A stretch of DNA of 64,000 bases from a virus: IMG/VR virus record IMGVR_UViG_3300028837_000933, positions 57,821 through 121,820 of that record; one strand, given 5' to 3'. Below, piece after piece: positions 29,682-38,247 of this stretch. Made by a program: the position numbers and the translations under genes. The number at the start of each line of letters is the position of its first letter. Position 1 is the stretch's first letter. The notes beneath the pieces were generated by a model. That model searched no databases, was not told the origin of the DNA, and worked only from the letters and a program-made list of their open reading frames with translations.

Positions 29682-30449
29682 ATGGGTAGACGCGAGATGC
29701 TCAAGAGGGACGCGGGCGTCCGGTTCCTGTATCTGGTCTCCGAGAAGATTCTGGAGACCTACGAGATCAAGCACTGGCCAAGCGTCATGCGGAACCGCAA
29801 GACCAGTCTACACCGACGCCGGAACGGGACGAGCCAGCTGCTGTTCAGCTGGTCCAACGTCCAGCGGCAGTGGTACTGCGGAGCCAGGGAGTACAAGACG
29901 GTGGCCAGGGCAATGCGCGAGGTCAACGAGCGCTCAGAGCCTGGCTGGCACGCACTCCGGCAGGTCCTGCTCCACGAGTGCGCCCACGCGCTTCAGTATG
30001 AGGTGCCGAACGGGCGGACGCGGGGCAGCATCCACAACGAAGTGTTCATGGCCGAGTACCGTGCTCTGCTGGAACGCTACGATCTGGATCGGTGCCTGAC
30101 GATGGCTGGTCTCACGCTGGACAGCAAGCCGCCGTGGGAAGAGCCGAAAGTGGAAGAGCCAACCACCGCACAGACATCGTTCATCGCACCCAAACCGCAG
30201 ACAGAACTGCTCATCGGACGGATCAAGATCAAGGAAAAGGCGCAGTTCTGGTCAGCGAGACAGCAAAAGGACGGCAAGATCAACCTGTCGTTCGGCCGCA
30301 AGTACTACGCTAAGATGACGTCGACGGAGCGCCAGCTGCTGCTCGAGTACTGCATGGCCACGATGCGGAAGTCGCTATTCCGCGTGCCGATCCCGCCCGA
30401 CCTCCGCGGCCAGTACCTGGCGCTGAGGCTGCGAGTGGGCGGCTGGTAG
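29682..30449 (+). CDS. Array gene: SprT-like zinc metalloprotease domain protein
   Basis: VLLHECAHALQ...H...F (HExxH plus third His). Confidence 0.7.
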   Translation: MGRREMLKRDAGVRFLYLVSEKILETYEIKHWPSVMRNRKTSLHRRRNGTSQLLFSWSNVQRQWYCGAREYKTVARAMREVNERSEPGWHALRQVLLHECAHALQYEVPNGRTRGSIHNEVFMAEYRALLERYDLDRCLTMAGLTLDSKPPWEEPKVEEPTTAQTSFIAPKPQTELLIGRIKIKEKAQFWSARQQKDGKINLSFGRKYYAKMTSTERQLLLEYCMATMRKSLFRVPIPPDLRGQYLALRLRVGGW

Positions 30450-30549
30450 AGAGACCCGAGATGGGACGATGGCCCGGCCTGGGCTGTGGTCCCTTTTCGG
30501 GTGCCAGCGCCAGCGGCTTAGGCGCTGAGTAACAGAGAGGGAGGGCAAT

Positions 30550-30858
30550 ATGGAAACGGCGGACTTGGGGTATGGAACCGTGCTGGCGCTCAAGCCAACG
30601 GGACGGCACGCGGACGTGTTCCAGCAAGTCATCTTGATCAGCGATGGCAGCGCTGTGTTCCCGCGAGGCGAGGAGACGCGGTTCTTCGGTCTTTTCGTAG
30701 ACGACTACGAGCAGCCAACGAAGTATGGGTTGGCCAACGTGTACGTCCCGGAAGAGGCGGAAGAGCGTGTCGGTCAAGTCGAGGAAACGCAGGTGCCGAT
30801 CATGGTCGTTGATGCCGGCTTTGGCTGGCCTGGACGACTCACACCGAAGGAGGGCTGA
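30550..30858 (+). CDS. Array gene: hypothetical protein
   Basis: After the repeat SD. Confidence 0.7.
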   Translation: METADLGYGTVLALKPTGRHADVFQQVILISDGSAVFPRGEETRFFGLFVDDYEQPTKYGLANVYVPEEAEERVGQVEETQVPIMVVDAGFGWPGRLTPKEG

Positions 30859-30859
30859 G

Positions 30860-31021
30860 ATGGCATTCGATCCGAGATACAGACCGCGCCCCGAGAACTG
30901 GGGCAAGCTGCACACCGCGCTCAAAGCTGGCGATGAGGCCAAGGCTGAGCGCATCCTCCGCACAATCGAGGCCGAAACCGAGCTGATGATACGCGAGGCA
31001 GAGGCGTACAAGGGCGACTAG
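30860..31021 (+). CDS. Second gene in a two-gene array unit
   Basis: Own RBS AAGGAGG; stop abuts the next repeat. Confidence 0.65.
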   Translation: MAFDPRYRPRPENWGKLHTALKAGDEAKAERILRTIEAETELMIREAEAYKGD

Positions 31022-31110
31022 AGAGATCCGAAACGGGACGGTGGCCAGTGGCCGCGGTCCCTTTTCGGGTGCCGGCGCAACACGCGCCGAGTACAGAGAG
31101 GGAGGGAGAT

Positions 31111-31521
31111 ATGGTTTTCCATGTGAAGCAGTACGTCTTGATGCGGCTGCTGTCGAATTGCCGCGTCAGGGCGCCGTGGATGGACACGATCCGTCTGCAC
31201 GCCATGCACCCGCAAGACCTACATCTGGTGAGGCTGGATCTGTTCGTGGAGGACGCGGGCGGCAACGTGGATGGTATCGGCATGATGCACACTATCGAAG
31301 AGTGCTACGACACCGTACACGTTGACAGTCCTGGCGCTGTCCTGGTCAGCTTGCACGAGCTGGGCAACGTGGTTCGTCACCACGCACCCGACCAGTACGT
31401 GACACTGGCGCTGTACGAGAAGGGCGAAGAGCGCGTCATGGTGAGCATCGGCAATGGCCATCCGAAGTATGTGGCCCGCATCGATGCGAGCACGCTCCGC
31501 ACCTTGCCAGATGCGGAGTAG
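31111..31521 (+). CDS. Array gene: beta-clamp domain I-like single-domain protein
   Basis: VHVDSPGAVLVSLHELGNVVR...YVTL resembles the DnaN N-terminal domain. Confidence 0.55.
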   Translation: MVFHVKQYVLMRLLSNCRVRAPWMDTIRLHAMHPQDLHLVRLDLFVEDAGGNVDGIGMMHTIEECYDTVHVDSPGAVLVSLHELGNVVRHHAPDQYVTLALYEKGEERVMVSIGNGHPKYVARIDASTLRTLPDAE

Positions 31522-31624
31522 TAGGAGAGACCCGAAACGGGACGGTTGCCACCGGCAGCGGTCCCTTTTCGGGTGCCAGCGCCAGCGGCTTAGGCGCTGA
31601 GTAACAGAGAGGGAGGGAACAGTC

Positions 31625-32269
31625 ATGGAGATGAAGTGGAGTCACGAGATGTCCAAGCTGACGCTGGTCATCGAGACGGAACAGGGCGCCATCACAGATC
31701 CCGATGAAGTGCTACGCGCCGCCGAGGTCATCTTGATGACGGCGGTCAGCCATCTGGAGCCGGACACGGCGCCCGAGATCGTGCAGCGCGTGATCGATCA
31801 CGTCACCACCACCAACGATGCCATCGAGAGCGGCGACTGGAGTGGCGAGGCTGGACCAGACGAGTGCGACACGTGCTACAATCTGCTGGACAGCCACGAT
31901 GGGTGTGTGTTCTGCGACCAGGACGAACCCGATCCGCCGCCACGCGAGTACCGCAAGGTCAAGCAAGGCGACACGGTGCGGTTCGCCCACAAGCTGGGCT
32001 ACGAGGTGACGGCTGTGGTGGTCGGCAAGCGGTTCTACGCACACGCAGCGGACGCGTCCAGCATCACCGTGTACAGCGCTGACCACGGCACGCTGTACGG
32101 TCTCTCGCTGGGCGCTTACGAGATTCTCGCACAGCCGGACGATGCGACCCGCGAGAAGAAGTTCGTGGAGGCGGACGAGAACTACAAGGCGCATCTGAAA
32201 CAGTACGGGATCTGGGCGGCCAGATTCGAGCAGGAGCCCGACTACCGATTCTTCGAGTGGGAGGGCTAG
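31625..32269 (+). CDS. Array gene: Zn-ribbon-containing hypothetical protein
   Basis: CDTC...CVFC. Confidence 0.7.
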   Translation: MEMKWSHEMSKLTLVIETEQGAITDPDEVLRAAEVILMTAVSHLEPDTAPEIVQRVIDHVTTTNDAIESGDWSGEAGPDECDTCYNLLDSHDGCVFCDQDEPDPPPREYRKVKQGDTVRFAHKLGYEVTAVVVGKRFYAHAADASSITVYSADHGTLYGLSLGAYEILAQPDDATREKKFVEADENYKAHLKQYGIWAARFEQEPDYRFFEWEG

Positions 32270-32368
32270 ACGAGAGACCCGAGATGGGACGGTTGCCACC
32301 GGCAGCGGTCCCTTTTCGGGTGCCAGCGTCCGATCTGCTGACGCTGAGTAACAGAGAGGGAGGGTATC

Positions 32369-32914
32369 ATGGGTAAGAGGTATCGAACGATCAACCTGGG
32401 CTGGGGCGCGGGTGAGCGCCGCTACGTCCGCCATGCGCTGGAGTCGACCGAGACCGGAATGCTCCGGCACCAGTTCAAGGTGTCAGACGAGGAGTGGGCC
32501 GCCAAGGTGAGCCCGACACCCGCCAGCGTGCGCCGCTTGCTTCGCGTGCTGGTCAAGAACGGCTGGAGCATCTGCGCCGAGGGAATGCTCAAGCCGGAAG
32601 TCGCCAAGGGCCGCGTGTGCGGCAACAACGCGCCCCGCTACGTCCACGTTGACTACAACGACTACGATGGCCGCGAGCAGCTGGTGCCGCCGCGCTGCTA
32701 CAGCCGGACACCACCGCCCTGCGTCCACGAGGGCGTCCACGTTGACCAGCCCCGCGCCGTGACGGAGTTCGAGAACGTCACCCAGGCATCCGTGGGCCGC
32801 ATCCTGGAGCTTCTGGACGAGGACGATGTGACAGTCTGGGCGGCTGTGGAGCCGTCCGTCACTCGCGTCCAGTTCCTTGGCTACGTGCCAACGGGCGAGG
32901 AAGAGGACGCTTAG
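32369..32914 (+). CDS. Array gene: hypothetical protein (two T.ASV.R motifs)
   Basis: Between repeats. Confidence 0.75.
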   Translation: MGKRYRTINLGWGAGERRYVRHALESTETGMLRHQFKVSDEEWAAKVSPTPASVRRLLRVLVKNGWSICAEGMLKPEVAKGRVCGNNAPRYVHVDYNDYDGREQLVPPRCYSRTPPPCVHEGVHVDQPRAVTEFENVTQASVGRILELLDEDDVTVWAAVEPSVTRVQFLGYVPTGEEEDA

Positions 32915-33001
32915 AGAGACCCGAAACGGGACGGTCAGCCTAGCTGGCGGTCCCTTTTCGGGTGCCGGCGCAACGCGCCGAGTACAGAGAGGGAGGGAGA
33001 T

Positions 33002-33379
33002 ATGCTGTTCACAGTGAGACAGAACTACCTGTTCCGTATGCTGGCGGATGCCCGCCGTACCGTGCCGTTCCTGGAGCGGGTCACGCTCAGCGCGGAGTAC
33101 GTTGGCAACGGACGGGCAAAGCTGACGATGACGTTTCTCGATGACGAGATGAGCTTGTCGCACAAGTTCTCGACTGAATGCACCGTGCGCATCGAAGTGG
33201 AGGGTGCGTGCAGCGCGGACGTATCGGAGCTTGCCGACTTTGTCGGCCAGTGCAAGCCGACTGAGCACATCGATGTCAGCTTGCTAGGCAGCGATGCCGG
33301 CGACCGCCAGGTGTTGGTGTCCTCTGGCGGCTACGGGAACGCGATCAAAGGCGAGCGCGTCATGCTGATGCGTGACTGA
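33002..33379 (+). CDS. Array gene: beta-clamp domain I-like single-domain protein
   Basis: MLFTVRQ..L...L...P.LERVTLSAE...LTMTFLDDEMSL...IEVEGACS...LADFV. Confidence 0.6.
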   Translation: MLFTVRQNYLFRMLADARRTVPFLERVTLSAEYVGNGRAKLTMTFLDDEMSLSHKFSTECTVRIEVEGACSADVSELADFVGQCKPTEHIDVSLLGSDAGDRQVLVSSGGYGNAIKGERVMLMRD

Positions 33380-33476
33380 GAGATCCGAAAACGGGACGGT
33401 TGGCCTAGGCCAGCGGTCCCTTTTCGGGTGCCGGCGCCCCTGGTTCACGCGCCGAGTACAGAGAGGGAGGTGTGTG

Positions 33477-33815
33477 ATGATGAAAGTACGTGTTCGCCAG
33501 AAAGCGCTGGTCGCTGCTCTTGCAGACGCGGCCAGTTCGAGCCACGTCCAGCTGGAGGCCACGCGTCCGCATCAGCTGGCCGTGACGGGGCCGGAGGGTG
33601 ACGTGAGGTACATCGGGCGATGCTTCTACGAGTGTTTCACGGAGCGTGTCGGTTCCGTCACCGTCTCCGCCAACAAGTTGCTGGCCGTGCTCGATGAGTG
33701 GATGCGGTGGGACTACGTGACTCTGCTCGCATCGCCAGTGCTGGGCGGTTGGATGCTCGTGAGCAACGAGCAGACCAACGAGGCCAAGGCCATCAAGCTG
33801 GCCAGCTACAGCTAG
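33477..33815 (+). CDS. Array gene: beta-clamp domain I-like single-domain protein
   Basis: MKVRVRQKALVAAL...VQLEA...GSVTVSANKLLAVL...YVTL. Confidence 0.6.
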   Translation: MMKVRVRQKALVAALADAASSSHVQLEATRPHQLAVTGPEGDVRYIGRCFYECFTERVGSVTVSANKLLAVLDEWMRWDYVTLLASPVLGGWMLVSNEQTNEAKAIKLASYS

Positions 33816-33924
33816 GAGAGATCCGGAATCGGGCGTGTCAGTTCAACGTTAGACTGATAGGCCCGTTTTCGGGTGCCAGCGCCCGCTACCACGGGCGTTG
33901 AGTATCACAGAGAGGGAGGGTACG

Positions 33925-34128
33925 ATGGAAGGGCATGAGCATGACGACACGGACCTGTGCGCCTGTGGCGCGGATCTGCTCGAGGCCATCACCAATGGCT
34001 ACGCGCACTACGCCTACACCGAGGGCACGTTCACGATCGAATGCTACGAGTGCGGCCTGGAGATCGAGGTCGAGGCCGAGGCGCACGTCACGTTCAAGGT
34101 GACGGTTCCGAAGGAGAGTGCGACATGA
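33925..34128 (+). CDS. Array gene: small Zn-ribbon protein
   Basis: CAC...CYEC. Confidence 0.7.
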   Translation: MEGHEHDDTDLCACGADLLEAITNGYAHYAYTEGTFTIECYECGLEIEVEAEAHVTFKVTVPKESAT

Positions 34129-34487
34129 GAGAGTTTCTCAAGAGAGAGGTGAGGGGTGAGCGCCCCGCCGAGGCGCCCGATGGCTGGATCGTCTACAACG
34201 CGCCGCGTCCCATCTGGGGCCACACGAAGTGGCAAGGCGACTTTGTGACTGGCGTGTTCTACGCGGCTGTAGATCCCGAGATGGACGATGCGGACGAGAT
34301 GGTCGCCCACAACCAGCTACAGCACGCGGCCGAGCTGACGTTCATCAGCGAAGAGGAATGGCGCCGGCGCGTCGAAGAGTACGGTCGAAAGATGTCGGCG
34401 GAGTACGAGATCAACCTGGACGACTTCGAGTGGGCCGACATAGAGGCCAGCTACGCCAACTGGCTCCGGCAGGAGCACGAAACGTGA
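34125..34487 (+). CDS. Second gene in a two-gene array unit, acidic
   Basis: ATGA overlap, RBS AAGGAG. Confidence 0.7.
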   Translation: MREFLKREVRGERPAEAPDGWIVYNAPRPIWGHTKWQGDFVTGVFYAAVDPEMDDADEMVAHNQLQHAAELTFISEEEWRRRVEEYGRKMSAEYEINLDDFEWADIEASYANWLRQEHET

Positions 34488-34564
34488 GAGATCCGAACCG
34501 GGACGGCTACCCTGTCAAGGGGTGGCGGTCCCTTTTCGGGTGCCGGCGCAAGACGAGTCGCCGC

Positions 34565-34592
34565 TTGCCGTTCTGCACGTTTTGTGTATAAT
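34565..34592 (+). promoter_or_regulatory. Sigma70-type promoter embedded in the last array repeat
   Basis: TTGCCG-16 nt-TATAAT inside the loop of hairpin 2. Confidence 0.6.
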
Positions 34593-34641
34593 GGACACGG
34601 TTGGCGCGGAGCGCCGAGTAATCACAGAGGGAGGGAGAAAC

Positions 34642-34839
34642 ATGACAAGTCGCAAGTGGAGTGGAGTCGGAAAGCTAGTGCTGTACGCACTGGTCATCGC
34701 GGCCGCGGTAGCACTGTCGGTCGCGGTGGAGGGTGCCGAACGCACGGTCTCGCTGGTCGTGTTCGCCGCCATGCTCAGGACGCTTCTGCTCTTATACAGA
34801 GAGAGCGCAAAATGGGCGGAGGCGTGCGTCTATGACTAG
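34642..34839 (+). CDS. Small membrane protein
   Basis: Two hydrophobic segments. Confidence 0.65.
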   Translation: MTSRKWSGVGKLVLYALVIAAAVALSVAVEGAERTVSLVVFAAMLRTLLLLYRESAKWAEACVYD

Positions 34840-35428
34840 TGAGGAGTACGAAGAGATGCTTCGTCAGGAACAGATGGCGAGTGAACGCGAGTCCCATCGC
34901 AGCCGCTCAGGAGTGCCGGGCTTGGCCGTGGCGCTGTTCGTGGTGATCGTGATCCTAACGTTCATCAGCGCCGGCTGGCAGTACGGCTGGTTCGACAGGT
35001 TCCCGTGGCTCCCCGCAGCCTTTGCCCTGGTGGTCGCTCTGTTCCTGCTGAGCGTCTGGAAGGGCTACCGAGAGGCACAACGCGAGGCGCCGCTCGAGCC
35101 GGAACCTGGAGAGCAAGTCTGGTACTACAATCCCGACTGGAGACCAGCAGAGCCGCCAGACGCGATCCCGATGGCGGGCGGCGGGCTGCTGCTGGAGCCA
35201 GTCCAGAGTCCGTACCCCGAGTCAGAGGAAGAGCCGTTCATCGTCCAGCAAGAGGTGATAGCGGAGGGCGAGACGGTCGACCGCATAGTGGTGCTGCTGC
35301 ATGGCATAGCACCGATCAAGATCATCGTGCCGAGAGAACAGGCAGATGCAGTCATCCGACTGCTGGACCCCGACGATGTCGGTCCAGTGCAAGCAGAGAT
35401 CCGTGTCGAGACCGTCCCCGCCGACTGA
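34832..35428 (+). CDS. Membrane protein (2 TM) with acidic tail
   Basis: Overlapping start; followed by a terminator. Confidence 0.7.
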   Translation: MTSEEYEEMLRQEQMASERESHRSRSGVPGLAVALFVVIVILTFISAGWQYGWFDRFPWLPAAFALVVALFLLSVWKGYREAQREAPLEPEPGEQVWYYNPDWRPAEPPDAIPMAGGGLLLEPVQSPYPESEEEPFIVQQEVIAEGETVDRIVVLLHGIAPIKIIVPREQADAVIRLLDPDDVGPVQAEIRVETVPAD

Positions 35429-35443
35429 GGCGAGGGCGCGAGA

Positions 35444-35475
35444 AGGCCAGGGCATCCGCCCTGGCCTTTTGTTTT
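35444..35475 (+). terminator. Intrinsic terminator closing the array transcript
   Basis: AGGCCAGGGC-ATCC-GCCCTGGCCT then TTTGTTTT. Confidence 0.8.
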
Positions 35476-35829
35476 GCCCGCGCTCGCTCTGGCCGGTCTT
35501 TACGGTTTCCGTCGCGCGTCTGCGCGTTTTTTTGCCCGAGAGGGGGAGGGCGAGCGCCGCCGCCGAGGCCGCACACCTGACGCGCAAGCGTGGTGTTTGG
35601 AGTCGCTCAGAGCTATTGCGGAGGCATGATATTGCCGCGCCCATACACCTAGGCGAATGTGCTGGTGTTTGGAGTCGACCGAGTGTTATGCTGTCACGCT
35701 TACCGCGAGCGCCGTTTGTAGGCGTGCCTGTTACCGATGTCTGTCACAAAACGCGATCGCCGTAAGAGCCTATGCCGTTCCCAAAGGAGTGGCACTGAAC
35801 TCGCCCCGAGATGTGCCCTGACATAGTGA

Positions 35830-35857
35830 CAATCGTTTACTCGATTCATGCGTTAGA
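35830..35857 (+). promoter_or_regulatory. CAATCG-N15-CGTT promoter motif (representative of 13 copies)
   Basis: Copies start at 33826, 35830, 39293, 40131, 46468 (N14), 46650, 52841, 54149, 54816, 56997, 58417, 59853 and 62524. Confidence 0.75.
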
Positions 35858-35890
35858 TAGGGTACAATCCTTGTTCGATGGAGGGAGCCT

Positions 35891-36409
35891 ATGCACGAAT
35901 TACCAGAAGATCGCATCCCCGACCACTGTCTTGCGAGTGGCACGGCCACGTTCAGCATCGAGGAACTCAAGGAGCATCCTCACAATGCCATCCCTGGCAC
36001 ACGCTGCGTTGAGTTCAGGCTGTTTCGGAAGGTCGTGTTCCGCCTCTTGCTTTTCCCGCGGCGCTACGAAAAACAGGTCTTGGGCCACAGGACACTTGTC
36101 AGAGGTCCAGAGGGTGGCAGTACGCTTGTCAGTGATACGGGCTGGCAGACCAAGCGCGTCACCACCAACCGGCGCAAGCCGGTTTGCTTTATGGCGCTCC
36201 GCCCAGATGGCATGTGGTTCCAGATTCACACCGCCTGGAGCTACGTCAAGGAGTATCTCGAGCAGCGCGGCATCATCGCCGCGGCCATCGAGAACGTCTT
36301 GCGCGAACTGGGTTGGGGCAACGTCATCGTACCCGACCAGCCCCAGACCATCCCCGACTACGTGGTCATAAAGACCGAACCCGAACAGGCCGAGGGCCAT
36401 GACGGATAG
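35891..36409 (+). CDS. Hypothetical protein
   Basis: RBS GGAGGGAG after the promoter motif. Confidence 0.7.
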   Translation: MHELPEDRIPDHCLASGTATFSIEELKEHPHNAIPGTRCVEFRLFRKVVFRLLLFPRRYEKQVLGHRTLVRGPEGGSTLVSDTGWQTKRVTTNRRKPVCFMALRPDGMWFQIHTAWSYVKEYLEQRGIIAAAIENVLRELGWGNVIVPDQPQTIPDYVVIKTEPEQAEGHDG

Positions 36410-36887
36410 ACAATCGGCTGACGATGCGGAATGGCCCACCGTCTCAATGCAGCCTTGGGGTGTTGTAACCCACGCGTGTCTGTACAGTGACCGCGGACTA
36501 AGGTGGTGGGAGCGCCCTCTGATCTGGCTCAAGCTGATGAAGGACCCCCGACTTATCGCAATATGGCGCTTCGAGGTGGAAACGATGCAACCGAATACAT
36601 GGAGGGTAGCAAGCATGGAAAAGAAGTTGAGGGACGGCAGCACCGTTCAGCTGAGGAACAGCGGCTCAGTCCCGTACTCGTACATCGACATTGTCTCACC
36701 AGCCGGCGAGTGGTTCACGGGCGTTGCCCACGTCGAGCATCCGAACACGGACAGGCCCACGCTTACGCTGAATCGCCCGCTCGACTTTCAGCACGTCCAG
36801 GCTATCATGGATCTGGTCGCGAGAGACGCCGAACTCAGCGGCGTGTCCCCGGCCCCTTGGCTGGAGCCCGTAGCGGATGGAGAGTGA
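36399..36887 (+). CDS. Hypothetical protein
   Basis: Operon-coupled ORF. Confidence 0.6.
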   Translation: MTDRQSADDAEWPTVSMQPWGVVTHACLYSDRGLRWWERPLIWLKLMKDPRLIAIWRFEVETMQPNTWRVASMEKKLRDGSTVQLRNSGSVPYSYIDIVSPAGEWFTGVAHVEHPNTDRPTLTLNRPLDFQHVQAIMDLVARDAELSGVSPAPWLEPVADGE

Positions 36888-36890
36888 GCA

Positions 36891-37583
36891 ATGACGCTAT
36901 CACTGTCCGAGATCGATTCACTCGATGCCAACGAGGTCGCGGAGCTTCTCGACACGCCTTGGCGCCCATCCTTTCCATCCGGTCGGCTCGCCCACGGCTG
37001 GCTGTCCGAACGCCGCCCGCTTTGCCAAAAAACGCTCATTTGGGATGACGATGACACCGAAGAAGGACGCGAGCGCTGTCAGATGTGCGTTGACCGCTAC
37101 TCCCGTCTACAGCACCGTGACTTTCTGCTCAACCTGGACGTTGAGGGCTTGAACGAGGTCCTCAACAACGTGCGGTGGCACTTTCCCATGAGCATGATGG
37201 TGCGCCACGCGTTTTTTGGCGGAGACCGCACCCTTTGCGGCGTCCCGTTCGAGCCAGGGCAACACGAATGGCCCGGCCGGCATTGTAGTCGGTGCATGGA
37301 CGTGGTCGAGGAGTTACGTTTCCGGCTGTCCGATCTGCTGACGCAACGCGGCGAGGTAGTCGCCGTGGTACTGGCCGCTACGATAGCACAGGGCCAGATA
37401 ATCCGCAGCTTGATCCCCGCTGAACAGTGCTGGAGTTGCATGTACCGCTACAACCATGTGTCCGGCCTGAGCTTTTGCGAGAAGGGATTCGCGGGTTGGC
37501 TCCATCCAGGCGCCAACTGGAACCATCCCATCCTCAACTGTACCGACTATGAGAAAGAGTCGGTAGACCCCTCTATGACCTAG
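36891..37583 (+). CDS. Cys/His-rich putative multi-zinc-finger protein
   Basis: Repeated H...LC...CxxC units. Confidence 0.65.
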   Translation: MTLSLSEIDSLDANEVAELLDTPWRPSFPSGRLAHGWLSERRPLCQKTLIWDDDDTEEGRERCQMCVDRYSRLQHRDFLLNLDVEGLNEVLNNVRWHFPMSMMVRHAFFGGDRTLCGVPFEPGQHEWPGRHCSRCMDVVEELRFRLSDLLTQRGEVVAVVLAATIAQGQIIRSLIPAEQCWSCMYRYNHVSGLSFCEKGFAGWLHPGANWNHPILNCTDYEKESVDPSMT

Positions 37584-37691
37584 CGGGGAAAGGAGTCCGC
37601 GTATGCGCTAGAATGGCTGTACTCTGTGAGGGAGCCGGGGCCGATGTTCCTGGGGGGACATCGGCCCCATCACACCAAAGGAGAGTGAGAG

Positions 37692-37964
37692 ATGGAATGG
37701 ACAATCGAGGCGACCGTGTCGTTCGAGCTGTATGACGAGGACAACACGCCGCAGGAGTGGCTGGACAACGTGGCCTGCGTGGTGAAAACGCGAACCGTAG
37801 ACGCCGAGGACAAGGTTTCGGACTTTGTAGGCCAGGTTCTGGATACGGCTCCGAATCTGACACCAGCAGAGCGCTCGCGGCTCCGCTGCGAGGCCATCCG
37901 GCGTTTTCAGCAGAACAAGGCGCATCTGATCGAGGAACAGGCGAAGGAGGAAGGCCGTGGCTGA
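37692..37964 (+). CDS. Hypothetical protein
   Basis: RBS AAGGAG. Confidence 0.65.
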   Translation: MEWTIEATVSFELYDEDNTPQEWLDNVACVVKTRTVDAEDKVSDFVGQVLDTAPNLTPAERSRLRCEAIRRFQQNKAHLIEEQAKEEGRG

Positions 37965-38247
37965 CAAGGACGAGGTCAAAGGAGACGAGTCTCAGTTAGC
38001 AGTTATCATCCTCAAGTCGGGAATGGTTCTGTCGAAGGAAGATATTCGAGAGAAACATTTGGTCACCGACCCTGAGTGCGACTGGTGTCACAAGAGCTTG
38101 TACGAGCCCATCGAAGCTATCTGGCATGAGAAGTGGCAGAAAGGATGTAGGCGTTTTTTGATCGAGTGTCCGCATTGTGGCAATCACAACGGGGTTGAAC
38201 CGCTTCTCAGTATCGTGTTCGGAATCAGGAGGGTGGCAGGGAGATGA
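37957..38247 (+). CDS. Zn-ribbon protein
   Basis: CDWC...CPHC. Confidence 0.65.
   Translation: MADKDEVKGDESQLAVIILKSGMVLSKEDIREKHLVTDPECDWCHKSLYEPIEAIWHEKWQKGCRRFLIECPHCGNHNGVEPLLSIVFGIRRVAGR

Larger units (their letters stand above)
22925..34641 (+). repeat. Twenty-three type B intergenic repeats (~90-155 bp)
   Basis: GAGA(C/T)CCGA..(C/T)GGG(A/G)CG-[stem-loop]-GGTCCCTTTTCGGGTG-[stem-loop]-ACAGAGAGGGAG upstream of ORFs starting at 23057, 23416, 23888, 24241, 24775, 25447, 25906, 26409, 26878, 27696, 28098, 28465, 28854, 29368, 29682, 30550, 31111, 31625, 32369, 33002, 33477, 33925 and 34642. Confidence 0.95.

Noticed and set aside
19565-34641. CRISPR array interpretation of the repeats
   Set aside because: Repeats are 90-160 bp, the intervening segments are whole genes of variable length, and no cas genes are present
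19565-34641. Classical integron attC sites
   Set aside because: No consistent RYYYAAC...GTTRRRY ends and no IntI integrase in the window; the similarity is organisational only
19622-34641. ORF-track N-terminal extensions such as MVRDPTAEPSYCG... or ...GPFSGAG...EYREG
   Set aside because: Translations of the repeat itself; true starts follow the SD at the repeat's 3' end
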